Source of the DNA: Ptychomitrium polyphyllum
Lineage: Eukaryota
Direction: 5' to 3'
NCBI GenBank assembly: GCA_973851085.1
Contig: OZ316775.1
Location: 13,764,001-13,828,000 of the forward strand
DNA: 64,000 nucleotides
The notes beneath the pieces were generated by a model. That model made no database searches. It saw only the letters and a program-made list of their open reading frames with translations, and had not been told where the DNA came from. The translations under genes were made by a program, and so were the position numbers. Positions 26,431 to 38,800 of this stretch are shown in pieces (the stretch's first letter is position 1; the number at the start of each line of letters is the position of its first letter).

Positions 26431-29400
26431 ATAGTAACCCCTTACTTAATTACCTCACTTCCTATTTGTCTAATTTTGGAAACTTATTCTTTTTTCTCTA
26501 ATTCTCTCTATTTATTGGACTTAACCATCAGAGGCTATGAACGTTTGCCCAAATTACATTAAAATCTCTTTAAAGATCAACTACACCCCTGATTTGGCCC
26601 TTTGGCCCTAATTAGGCCTAATTTGATCTACAAATATTATTTTTTAGTAAATTTTAAGAGAAAACACAATAATGTGCTAATTCCATAGCTCACACATACA
26701 TGAGTTGTTCATTAGCTATAATTGCCACCATCAACAAAACATAAAAATTATTATTCTATCAAGTTCACAATGGCAATTCAAGTTTCGAAAGACATGCCAT
26801 ACCATTCAAATTGTAATTGTAGGATATAGATGATGAATTCATAAGAATTCATAAATGCTTAGAGAGCTTCATATATCTTCATAAATTGAACCTTTGCAAT
26901 AGAATTAAGAACTTTCAATATTCTTTTTGAGGTGAACTACTAATGGTCACATAGAACTATCCAACACATTATTTTCAAAATTAACACTATGGATTATCCA
27001 ACATCTTATATAAAGTCACAACTATATGGAATTCATTTATTAATATGACATGCTTGGAAGACAAAGAAGTTGCAATGATGTTGAATAATTACATAATTGT
27101 TAAAATAACATTTATGTTTTATATGAAACATTAAAAATGTATAATTATTATAATTGACAATGACAAATGTAATAAGTTATTTAAGAAAAGAATTTCATCT
27201 AATTATATTAGTGATTTAGATATTAGAAGTTGTTGATATTTACAATATCAGTATATTGACAATTTATCTATAATTTGTTTACAACTTGTATTCATTATAA
27301 TAGCATGTTTTAAAATACAACAACATATTTGTGAAAATGTGACGTGCCACAGCAAATTATTATCAATAATATTTTTAATTATTAATAAGGTTAGCTTAGA
27401 AATAATTTTTTTTCAAAGGGTCTAAAATCAAATTTTGGAATCCATTCTTAAAAAAATTGATAAATTTTATTAATAAGGATAAATTCCTTTCAAAGAATTT
27501 AAAATGCATGCTATAATGAATATTTAATTAATTATAATTTTTTTAAAAAATCTATAAATAAATATGTGCATTCATGTAGTTGTATTGATGGCCAACTAAT
27601 ACAACTTTAGATACTTAGGGCTATTCAAATTTTTATTGAAGACTACTTAATTTTTTATTGAAGGCCATGTTAATTTGACATTCATAAATGTAAAATAAGT
27701 GTATAATTCTTATAAATATGGTACATTTGTTCATATTCTTTTTCTTATGACCTAACTGTGGATGGCTTTTAAATAATATTTCACACAATTCCTGAAATTT
27801 TTTTGTTTAATTTATATGTCCAATTTGTCTATAATTAATTGACTTATCCATGAATAATTAATTACAAGTTCTATATAAAAGCTTCTATTAAACATAAATA
27901 AATTTCATCATATAATCATAAAGTACAAATAACAATAAACATTTATTTGTAAAAATCAAAATATAAAAATAATACTTTTCCACTTTATTTCACATGGTAT
28001 AAAAGACCATATCGTATTTTTGTACATATGAAATCTTAACCATATACATTACTTTTTGAAAGCTTATAAAATATTTTTTTGTTTTTATAATTGTTATACT
28101 TTTAAATAATTAAGTATCTTTCAACATTTGAAAATTCCACTTGTAATATAATAGAAACTTATGATATATTGATGTACATGCTTATCTCTTTATCATAAAG
28201 AGATGATTGTAGAAATAAGCACATTACTCCATAAATATCAATTTTTTTCCTTTGTGCAACACTCATGTATAATAATCATTTAAAGCTTTGACTATGTGCT
28301 TTGCATTCCTTATACAAATATTAATGTAATTGGAATCCAATTATGGCCTTTATAAGAATAATCTAATTTTAATATTTGAGTTAAATAATTGGCTTATTGC
28401 TTGTAATTTTTACATGAAATTTTTTTATGGATGCAATTGTTTAATATCACAAAGTAAAAAACTCCTACCCCATTCTTATTACATTTTAAACTTCTTTAAT
28501 CACTTCCATGCAAAACACTTCATCTATTTCATTTGCTATTTGTAGGGCTTTTTAAGAAACCTTCTAATATGCATGTCTATATGTCGATAAAAATCTATTT
28601 ACTTCTACCAATGCTTCGTTATTCCATTGAAAACCACATTTTTGAATGATGAAGCATACTAGAAGCACCTTTACTTTTGGTAATATATGGATCCCTAAAT
28701 TGGTCTTTCACAAGTAATTATTGTGTCTTAAAAGCCATAAAGCTCTTTCATACAATCTAAAACATCCACAATGTTTTGTTTTAGGAATAATATGATAATA
28801 ATTTTGTAATCACTTTTTCAACTGTTTCATATTTGATCTTCTTTTAATGATTAAATTAAGACAAAAAATATCCTACCAAAATGACAATATAAAATGAATC
28901 TATTCCTATTTCTTTGAAGAAATTCATTCATGTAAGATGAATATTTTTGTCTTCATCATGGCATTACAATATTATTGCGATAGTGCCTACATTGCAAATA
29001 AATAAGTCTGCCTTTCTACTTGACATTCTTTCAACATGATGAAAGCCTCTACAGTTATAATATTCACTAAAATATTCCATATAAATTTTTCCAAAAATAG
29101 ATTCACAATGGTAAATGCACTTCCACTACCTTGCCAAATGAGATTCCATATTACTTAATATCCATGCATCATTAGCAAAGATCTTGTATTGAACTTGTGG
29201 CCAACTTAGTTGTTTTTTGAAACAGTTTTGGTGGCATTCACTTATTTTTGTGAATTTTGTGCCTTTTGCTTGAAACAAAGTGCAAAGCTATGAATTTCTT
29301 CAAATGCCACATACTTCCTAAGAATTGTGCATATTAAAAAAAGTCCATATACAATGCCTAAAACGTAATCATAGAGTAGCTTCAATAGTTCCAACATTGT

Positions 29401-30929
29401 ATTGATTACCATTTCCTTATAAAATATGAAAATACAATAAAGTCATTAGTTGATGTGTAAAAGTGTTTGTCCAATCTTGGAAACTCCAACCATTACTTCC
29501 TCAAACTAACCAAGAACTATCAAAATTGCACATGACTTAAAAAAATATTTGTTTTCATGTTCACATACACAATTATCCACTTCAATAAAGAGACAAACAA
29601 ATAATTAATCTCTAAAGTTGTGCACAATTATTAAAAACTTCATATTAATGACCGTCATAACTCAATTGCACTTGAAATTGTCGCATATAACAACTGATAC
29701 ACTACAACACAAGCCCTAGCCAAGAACCAAAAACTTAAAATAAGCTAATGAAGAGCCTCTGCAATATTGGGACATAGTTAGGGAGCCCCAAGCTCTTCCA
29801 AATTGACCCTTAGTTTGTCCTAAATCCCAAAGTTCCTCCACCTGCTTGGTCAAAACCAAAAATGCTTTAATGCTTGTAGAATGTCTTGCCAAGGACTATT
29901 ATTTATAGGAAAATCACCAAAGGCCAAGCTGAGGGAGTTCTAGTTAATGGAAAGCTCAATTACATTCATAATCGTTGTGATATGTTTTTGACCTCTCCTT
30001 CCAATCAGTCTGTTACAATTGTCCATTGGATCTCACTTCTTTCCGCACTTGTGTTATCCTAAATTACATCTACATGATTTCTTGAGAGAATTCCTCGCAG
30101 ATCCTCTGTTGACGTTCCATAGTGTCAAATTGTTCCTTCCATCGTAAGTGTAAACAACTGTAGTTTGCGTGTTGGTTGGAGGGGCTTGTAATCAATTTGG
30201 CACTGCGACTGATAACTAGAATGATACTGGCCCTCCACAAATTCGGACGGGAGGAGGTCATTTCAGATCCCATTCCAACGTCCAAAGTATGAAATAAAAG
30301 AAAACACATTATCTGCAAACATCTGTAGCATTTCCAAACCTTCATTTTAGGAAATAAACAGTGCATACTTGAATGCGAGAATTCGCAAACATGCCATACG
30401 CGTTAAATTGGCAAATCCCATCGTCTCGACTTGTGGAAAAATCACAACCGGCCAAATCAACGAATGTGGTGCCAAACATATTTACAGCCAGTATGGTAAA
30501 CAGTCAGAGAACGATGAATCCAACGTCATTACTTTCGCATTATTTCCTAAGTTCAGCTGAAAGCAAGTATACAGCTGCAGAGTACCTTTTCATTGTCAAA
30601 GTGGAAGTGGTTGCATTATAATCCAACGTCATGATTACAAGGTACGCAGCCCACATCAGGCACGGCACAGCACAGCCACGTGAGGCGTAGTTACTACAAA
30701 CTTAAATTAACATACGATATATTCAGGATCACGGAAGCACCAGTCACAAGCTCACAGCCCCGGATCTCCTACTCCCGTCCGTTAAAATCCCACTGTCGCC
30801 ATAAACAATGACCCGCCGATCACGGTTGCTGCAACCTCATCACAAGTCTATAACAATCAACCACCGTGTTCCGATACCATTATTCAAGCTCCGGAAGTCT
30901 CCTGAATTCGATTCACCCGGTCTCAGAGT

Positions 30930-31418
30930 TTATGGGGCGGCGATGGCGCCAAGTACGGTTCCCGCGGCGTTCTTCACGATCGCACCAGCAACGGTCTTCA
31001 CCACAGTGAGCACAATCGGTACAAGTGTACCCACAAGAGCCCCGAGGGGTCCTAAGTCCCCTATCAGGGCCGCAAGTGGCACATCAAAGGTCTTGGTGAC
31101 GGTAAGAGCCTCGAGAGTCAACGCCACAGGGTCCGTGTCCACATTCACCTTGATGTGCACGTCCTTCACCAGCTCCAGCACCCCACCTACGAGGTGCAAT
31201 ACCACGGGCTCGTTCACCGCGTTCTGCAGCACCAGGGTCACTTTGTCCGTGGGAAGGAACCCGACGGCCGATACTCTAATCTCCACCGCGACGTCGATAA
31301 CCACGAGCGCCAGCTTCATCGGTATCGTCTCGGCGGGCGTCACTCGCCCGGCACTCGCAGTGGCGCACAGGCACGCCACCATCAGACACAGTAGAATCAG
31401 ACTCTTCGACGCAGCCAT
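30930..31418 (-). CDS. Secreted Val/Leu/Ala-rich protein of unknown function, copy 1 (162 aa, intronless)
   Basis: GCAGCCATGG start context; signal peptide MAASKSLILLCLMVACLCATASA; GC3-rich codons; TATAAA at 31562-31557; homologous pseudogene nearby supports this frame. Confidence 0.88.
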   Translation of the reverse strand: MAASKSLILLCLMVACLCATASAGRVTPAETIPMKLALVVIDVAVEIRVSAVGFLPTDKVTLVLQNAVNEPVVLHLVGGVLELVKDVHIKVNVDTDPVALTLEALTVTKTFDVPLAALIGDLGPLGALVGTLVPIVLTVVKTVAGAIVKNAAGTVLGAIAAP

Positions 31419-31556
31419 GGCTGCAGCTGCGACAGTGACACCAGTGATACCACCACCTCAGCCAACTGCTGCTCCCGGATGAGCTGCTGGTCGGGAGCTC
31501 ATGAGCGGGGAGGGGAGCTACTTCGGTGGTCAGGACAAGCCCGATGGCTGGCCCAA

Positions 31557-31812
31557 TTTATACCCCCACTCGCTGTCTCTCCGCCGTGGATGTGCGTCGT
31601 CAGGATCGGTCGATGATGAGTGCCGGAGGACGTCATGAGTATCTGCGAAGCGGTAAACTTACTCCTCTGGCGTCGATGGATGGCATTCTGGCCGAGCCGA
31701 TCCGGAGTAGACGGACCCGGTGAGCTTCGGGCGACATCCAGGCGCTCTCAGTCGACACGGCGACGGTGCCGCGATCGTCGCTGGCGCCACGGCAGCGCGA
31801 GAGTCACGTGAC
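31557..31812 (-). promoter_or_regulatory. TATA box and palindromic G-box upstream of secreted protein copy 1 (mirrored at 37648-37903)
   Basis: TATAAA at 31562-31557, ~140 nt upstream of ATG; GTCACGTGAC at 31803-31812. Confidence 0.6.
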
Positions 31813-33655
31813 GAGGGGCTTGATAATCATCGACCATTTCGTTTCGTGTCGCTGGGATGTGGCTGGCTAGCGAGTCGTAACTTGGGGGCGGTCGCATCGC
31901 AAGCTCCCTCAGGAATCCGGGCGTGGTACTTATTGTTCCGACGGAGTGGGGTTTTAGACTTGGGTGCAAGTTTTGTAGATGGTTACTACGTGAACGAGGA
32001 CGTGAGAATTAAGAAGTTGCTTCTGGAGTGCATGCATTCACCTGTTCTTTTGATGCTCGCGCTCCTGCGGCGGACACGATCGAGGCTGTTCTGGAATTCT
32101 TCCGGGCGAGTTGTCGATGGTTGCTATGTTAATCGTGGTCAGGCAAGTCAATTTTCTGATTATGGAGCTGATCGATTGGGCCATCGATGTCGACATGCAT
32201 AGCGGGCTGATGTGATGACAAGATCGTTGGAGAGCATGACCGATTGGCTGTGAGTGTCTCGTGTTCCATGTACTGGGGCGCGGGCACCGCCAATAGCATT
32301 CAATTTGAGCGAACGGTTGAATGAGCTGGCTGGATCCGAAAGTTGTTCGGATGGTCAGTGTACCGAAAGGTGCTCGCCTCGAGGGGCACGGGGCACCCTG
32401 GAGCCTGTCCCGTGTGAAACATTTCCTTGATTTATGTGAGGAACCCGAAACCAGCAACTTAAGGTGTGCAACCTACGTGTGGTTGAGGTACGAGCGAAGA
32501 TGTATTTTTCTGGTTTTCGAAAGATAAAAGATCATGAGGAATGGATAGGTTTTAGGTGTTTGATAGCCTAAAATGATATTCCTAAAAGGGAAGTAACAAG
32601 GTTGCATAAGAAGGCCTTGTAAACTTTATGGTTCTTTGATTTTATTGCAAAATGCTTTAGAAGTACTGTGTGCAAAAATGAAGTGCAACATCTTTATCTT
32701 ATTTGAAGAACAACATTGCATATACCAAATATTCTATAAAGTCCATTTCATCAAAAATATAGAAAATTTCCATATTTTGGGGGATTTGTTTTTGAAGACA
32801 TTGACTAACAAAGTTGACATTTGCGTGTGACATTCAAGTTTTTCATCAAAATTGTGAAGAGATTATTTAATATACTATTATCAAATAATTTAAAGTGATA
32901 TTGTGAAAATAAAAAGGTTAGAATTGAAAAGTTAAGTAGTGGAATTAAGTAGTGGAAGAGTAGTATATGCAGTCAATGTTTACAATGTTTGTAACGTGTT
33001 GGCAAACATAATGCAATAACCAAAATGGATGGAAAAGTGCAAGTTTTTCTAGAAGAGAATATCATTCTTCTATGAAAAAAGAAAAATTGTTGGTTTTCCA
33101 TTTACAACCATGATTTCTTTCCTCAAAAGAGCTCACTATGGGGGTTCCTAAAGAAGAATTCCTCTTCTCGTGTTTCATACATGAGAAGCGTGCAAAGTGC
33201 CCCATAGAAAAGTCAATCACAAACTTAAATTAATCTTTACATAATTTGAAAATCAATGAACACATGATTCTAAAAATGGATGCAAGCAACTTTACAACTA
33301 AACAAAATACTTCAAGGTGATTGACTAGTAGTAGATGGCTATGAATAGACTTGTGCCATGCACTTTAATACTATGACAAAATTCGTACATGTATAGGGTA
33401 GACAATACTCAGCTTAATTATACTTTCTACCATGTGGACTTTTTGGTTTAAAGTCTACAAACTACATATAATAAACATATTTCCTAACTTTATTTAGGCT
33501 TTCATAATAAAAAGGAACTTCTGTACTCGATGTTTTCATTTGATTCATGTGGACTTCTGAGTGGGTTGTGGACCGAATTCGTGTCAGGTTGCTATCATTC
33601 GAAATTTACAAGGGTGGCGGACTTGGATATCATAACGAGCGAGAAGGAAATACGT

Positions 33656-35629
33656 TGGAAAATCTGGGTCATTTGCACTTCTCAACTAAATTTCAGTTCG
33701 TATTAGTTGGTGCAGGTAGAATGTTTGCATTACAACTTTCTTATTCCTTCAAGTTTTACACAATTTTATGTGATGGTTTGTTTCTTGTTTTTATGAATGA
33801 GTCATCAATATACTGATTAGTGTTTGTGTAATATTGAGTTTCGTAAACGATGTGACGTTTTCACAAATGTTGTATTATTTTTTATTTAACTTTAACCACC
33901 ATTTTTATTGAAAACAATTCCCATTTTAATGGAATAATGACTTCACAAAAGTGGATAACTAATATGTCATGAAATACAATATGAATTTTCTTATTTTCTT
34001 TGTAATTTATATATTCAATATGCCATTCGTTTGCTTTGCACTTAAACTTACTTATACAATGAGAATCATCAAGTTTAGTTTCTGCACCATTTGAATTTTT
34101 TCTTAAAATATAATGAAACAAGGCAATTTATTGCACTTAGGGTTGAACACTTGTTACCATAGGATAATATCTGCTACTGACTGTGATTGCACAGTCAATT
34201 TCGATTGCTTGATTGCCTGGTCGAGGGCTAGTGTTACTTCATATTCAAACGTTTGTCCAACCTCACAACTACAAACGCGGCCACAAATCAGCGTGTGACA
34301 TCACAGCCACAACTAAGAAACAGCAAACAACTCAGGATCGAGACAAAACTCATCACTAGCTCTCAGTCCGAAGTCCCGCACGTAATCCACTGCCTGTGAG
34401 AATTTTCATACCCCAGTCACCCCAGCACTACCTGAATTCATCAAGGTCGGCACCAGTTTGAGCATCACCTGAACGGGAGCCCTGGTGTCTATGAGGGGCA
34501 CGCCGTGAGGACGGGGCTGAGAATCACGAGCGGCAGCTTAAACTCCTCCTCCATGCCCAGGGCTAGGATGGTGATGACGGCAGGGTCCGTCTNNNNNNNN
34601 NNNNNNNNNNNNNNNNNNNNNNNNNNNNNNNNNNNNNNNNNNNNNNNNNNNNNNNNNNNNNNNNNNNNNNNNNNNNNNNNNNNNNNNNNNNNTGGAAAAT
34701 CTGGGTCATTTGCACTTCTCAACTAAATTTCAGTTCGTATTAGTTGGTGCAGGTAGAATGTTTGCATTACAACTTTCTTATTCCTTCAAGTTTTACACAA
34801 TTTTATGTGATGGTTTGTTTCTTGTTTTTATGAATGAGTCATCAATATACTGATTAGTGTTTGTGTAATATTGAGTTTCGTAAACGATGTGACGTTTTCA
34901 CAAATGTTGTATTATTTTTTATTTAACTTTAACCACCATTTTTATTGAAAACAATTCCCATTTTAATGGAATAATGACTTCACAAAAGTGGATAACTAAT
35001 ATGTCATGAAATACAATATGAATTTTCTTATTTTCTTTGTAATTTATATATTCAATATGCCATTCGTTTGCTTTGCACTTAAACTTACTTATACAATGAG
35101 AATCATCAAGTTTAGTTTCTGCACCATTTGAATTTTTTCTTAAAATATAATGAAACAAGGCAATTTATTGCACTTAGGGTTGAACACTTGTTACCATAGG
35201 ATAATATCTGCTACTGACTGTGATTGCACAGTCAATTTCGATTGCTTGATTGCCTGGTCGAGGGCTAGTGTTACTTCATATTCAAACGTTTGTCCAACCT
35301 CACAACTACAAACGCGGCCACAAATCAGCGTGTGACATCACAGCCACAACTAAGAACAGCAAACAACTCAGGATCGAGACAAAACTCATCACTAGCTCTC
35401 AGTCCGAAGTCCCGCACGTAATCCACTGCCTGTGAGAATTTTCATACCCCAGTCACCCCAGCACTACCTGAATTCATCAAGGTCGGCACCAGTTTGAGCA
35501 TCACCTGAACGGGAGCCCTGGTGTCTATGAGGGGCACGCCGGTGAGGACGGGGCTGAGAATCACGAGCGGCAGCTTAAACTCCTCCTCCATGCCCAGGGC
35601 TAGGATGGTGATGACGGCAGGGTCCGTCT
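33656..35629. repeat. 937-bp direct duplication flanking a 100-N gap (likely assembly overlap)
   Basis: 33656-34592 equals 34693-35629 except for two single-base indels seen; N run 34593-34692. Confidence 0.9.
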
Positions 35630-35880
35630 CCACATACAAGCAAATTCACTCGTAGAGCAACTTCCGTACTACCCCACCGAAGAGCTTGAACACTTTGGGC
35701 TGGCCCAACGAATTCGCGATGGTCAAGTACATAATCTCACTGCGAGCGATTGACGTCAGGTCAAATACAGACAAAATAAAAAAACTCAATACATCCCAGC
35801 TGAACGTTACACTCACCCTCCGTAACCCAAGTCCAGCGACAGTAACTTGTGATCTTCATGAGTCTATAATGATCCATGTA
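35442..35880 (-). pseudogene. Diverged, 5'-truncated paralog of the secreted Val/Leu-rich protein
   Basis: Reads IIIDS*RSQVTVAGLGLR [intron 35816-35740, GTGAGT..CGCAG] EIMYLTIANSLGQPKVFKLFGGVVRKLLYE*ICLYVETDPAVITILALGMEEEFKLPL. This aligns to VVIDVAVEIRVSAVGFLP..DKVTLVLQNAVNEPVVLHLVGGVLELVKDVHIKVNVDTDPVALTLEALTVTKTFDVPL. In-frame TGA at 35648-35646; no signal peptide. The 3' part is repeated at 34406-34592. Confidence 0.8.
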
Positions 35881-35886
35881 CTACTA

Positions 35887-38800
35887 GTCAACAATCCACT
35901 CAGAAGTCCACATGAATCAAATGAAAACATCGAGTACAGAAGTTCCTTTTTATTATGAAAGCCTAAATAAAGTTAGGAAATATGTTTATTATATGTAGTT
36001 TGTAGACTTTAAACCAAAAAGTCCACATGGTAGAAAGTATAATTAAGCTGAGTATTGTCTACCCTATACATGTACGAATTTTGTCATAGTATTAAAGTGC
36101 ATGGCACAAGTCTATTCATAGCCATCTACTACTAGTCAATCACCTTGAAGTATTTTGTTTAGTTGTAAAGTTGCTTGCATCCATTTTTAGAATCATGTGT
36201 TCATTGATTTTCAAATTATGTAAAGATTAATTTAAGTTTGTGATTGACTTTTCTACGGGGCACTTTGCACGCTTCTCATGTATGAAACACGAGAAGAGGA
36301 ATTCTTCTTTAGGAACCCCCATAGTGAGCTCTTTTGAGGAAAGAAATCATGGTTGTAAATGGAAAACCAACAATTTTTCTTTTTTCATAGAAGAATGATA
36401 TTCTCTTCTAGAAAAACTTGCACTTTTCCATCCATTTTGGTTATTGCATTATGTTTGCCAACACGTTACAAACATTGTAAACATTGACTGCATATACTAC
36501 TCTTCCACTACTTAATTCCACTACTTAACTTTTCAATTCTAACCTTTTTATTTTCACAATATCACTTTAAATTATTTGATAATAGTATATTAAATAATCT
36601 CTTCACAATTTTGATGAAAAACTTGAATGTCACACGCAAATGTCAACTTTGTTAGTCAATGTCTTCAAAAACAAATCCCCCAAAATATGGAAATTTTCTA
36701 TATTTTTGATGAAATGGACTTTATAGAATATTTGGTATATGCAATGTTGTTCTTCAAATAAGATAAAGATGTTGCACTTCATTTTTGCACACAGTACTTC
36801 TAAAGCATTTTGCAATAAAATCAAAGAACCATAAAGTTTACAAGGCCTTCTTATGCAACCTTGTTACTTCCCTTTTAGGAATATCATTTTAGGCTATCAA
36901 ACACCTAAAACCTATCCATTCCTCATGATCTTTTATCTTTCGAAAACCAGAAAAATACATCTTCGCTCGTACCTCAACCACACGTAGGTTGCACACCTTA
37001 AGTTGCTGGTTTCGGGTTCCTCACATAAATCAAGGAAATGTTTCACACGGGACAGGCTCCAGGGTGCCCCGTGCCCCTCGAGGCGAGCACCTTTCGGTAC
37101 ACTGACCATCCGAACAACTTTCGGATCCAGCCAGCTCATTCAACCGTTCGCTCAAATTGAATGCTATTGGCGGTGCCCGCGCCCCAGTACATGGAACACG
37201 AGACACTCACAGCCAATCGGTCATGCTCTCCAACGATCTTGTCATCACATCAGCCCGCTATGCATGTCGACATCGATGGCCCAATCGATCAGCTCCATAA
37301 TCAGAAAATTGACTTGCCTGACCACGATTAACATAGCAACCATCGACAACTCGCCCGGAAGAATTCCAGAACAGCCTCGATCGTGTCCGCCGCAGGAGCG
37401 CGAGCATCAAAAGAACAGGTGAATGCATGCACTCCAGAAGCAACTTCTTAATTCTCACGTCCTCGTTCACGTAGTAACCATCTACAAAACTTGCACCCAA
37501 GTCTAAAACCCCACTCCGTCGGAACAATAAGTACCACGCCCGGATTCCTGAGGGAGCTTGCGATGCGACCGCCCCCAAGTTACGACTCGCTAGCCAGCCA
37601 CATCCCAGCGACACGAAACGAAATGGTCGATGATTATCAAGCCCCTCGTCACGTGACTCTCGCGCTGCCGTGGCGCCAGCGACGATCGCGGCACCGTCGC
37701 CGTGTCGACTGAGAGCGCCTGGATGTCGCCCGAAGCTCACCGGGTCCGTCTACTCCGGATCGGCTCGGCCAGAATGCCATCCATCGACGCCAGAGGAGTA
37801 AGTTTACCGCTTCGCAGATACTCATGACGTCCTCCGGCACTCATCATCGACCGATCCTGACGACGCACATCCACGGCGGAGAGACAGCGAGTGGGGGTAT
37901 AAATTGGGCCAGCCATCGGGCTTGTCCTGACCACCGAAGTAGCTCCCCTCCCCGCTCATGAGCTCCCGACCAGCAGCTCATCCGGGAGCAGCAGTTGGCT
38001 GAGGTGGTGGTATCACTGGTGTCACTGTCGCAGCTGCAGCCATGGCTGCGTCGAAGAGTCTGATTCTACTGTGTCTGATGGTGGCGTGCCTGTGCGCCAC
38101 TGCGAGTGCCGGGCGAGTGACGCCCGCCGAGACGATACCGATGAAGCTGGCGCTCGTGGTTATCGACGTCGCGGTGGAGATTAGAGTATCGGCCGTCGGG
38201 TTCCTTCCCACGGACAAAGTGACCCTGGTGCTGCAGAACGCGGTGAACGAGCCCGTGGTATTGCACCTCGTAGGTGGGGTGCTGGAGCTGGTGAAGGACG
38301 TGCACATCAAGGTGAATGTGGACACGGACCCTGTGGCGTTGACTCTCGAGGCTCTTACCGTCACCAAGACCTTTGATGTGCCACTTGCGGCCCTGATAGG
38401 GGACTTAGGACCCCTCGGGGCTCTTGTGGGTACACTTGTACCGATTGTGCTCACTGTGGTGAAGACCGTTGCTGGTGCGATCGTGAAGAACGCCGCGGGA
38501 ACCGTACTTGGCGCCATCGCCGCCCCATAAACTCTGAGACCGGGTGAATCGAATTCAGGAGACTTCCGGAGCTTGAATAATGGTATCGGAACACGGTGGT
38601 TGATTGTTATAGACTTGTGATGAGGTTGCAGCAACCGTGATCGGCGGGTCATTGTTTATGGCGACAGTGGGATTTTAACGGACGGGAGTAGGAGATCCGG
38701 GGCTGTGAGCTTGTGACTGGTGCTTCCGTGATCCTGAATATATCGTATGTTAATTTAAGTTTGTAGTAACTACGCCTCACGTGGCTGTGCTGTGCCGTGC

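Larger units (their letters stand above)
22260..26900. mobile_element. Degenerate element bounded by inverted repeats (possible DNA transposon remnant)
   Basis: 22330-22470 (...TTTGAATGGTATGACAT...TTGATGGTGGCAACTATGG...ACAACTCATGTATG) matches the reverse complement of 26685-26825, with weaker extension outward; no transposase ORF seen. Confidence 0.5.
29176..33573. repeat. Left arm of large inverted duplication (~4.4 kb)
   Basis: Reverse complement of 35887-40284; paired coordinates sum to 69460; all ORF-track entries are mirrored identically. Confidence 0.98.

Noticed and set aside
28300..29600. hAT-transposase-like peptide traces (e.g. RFRHCIWT) in AT-rich DNA; similar debris at 7-9, 14-15 and 40-43 kb
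   Set aside because: Too decayed to assign family or boundaries by eye.
30808..31482. 224-aa Thr/Ser-rich ORF (mirrored at 37978-38652)
   Set aside because: Antisense shadow of the secreted protein gene; TATA box, signal peptide and paralog support the other strand.
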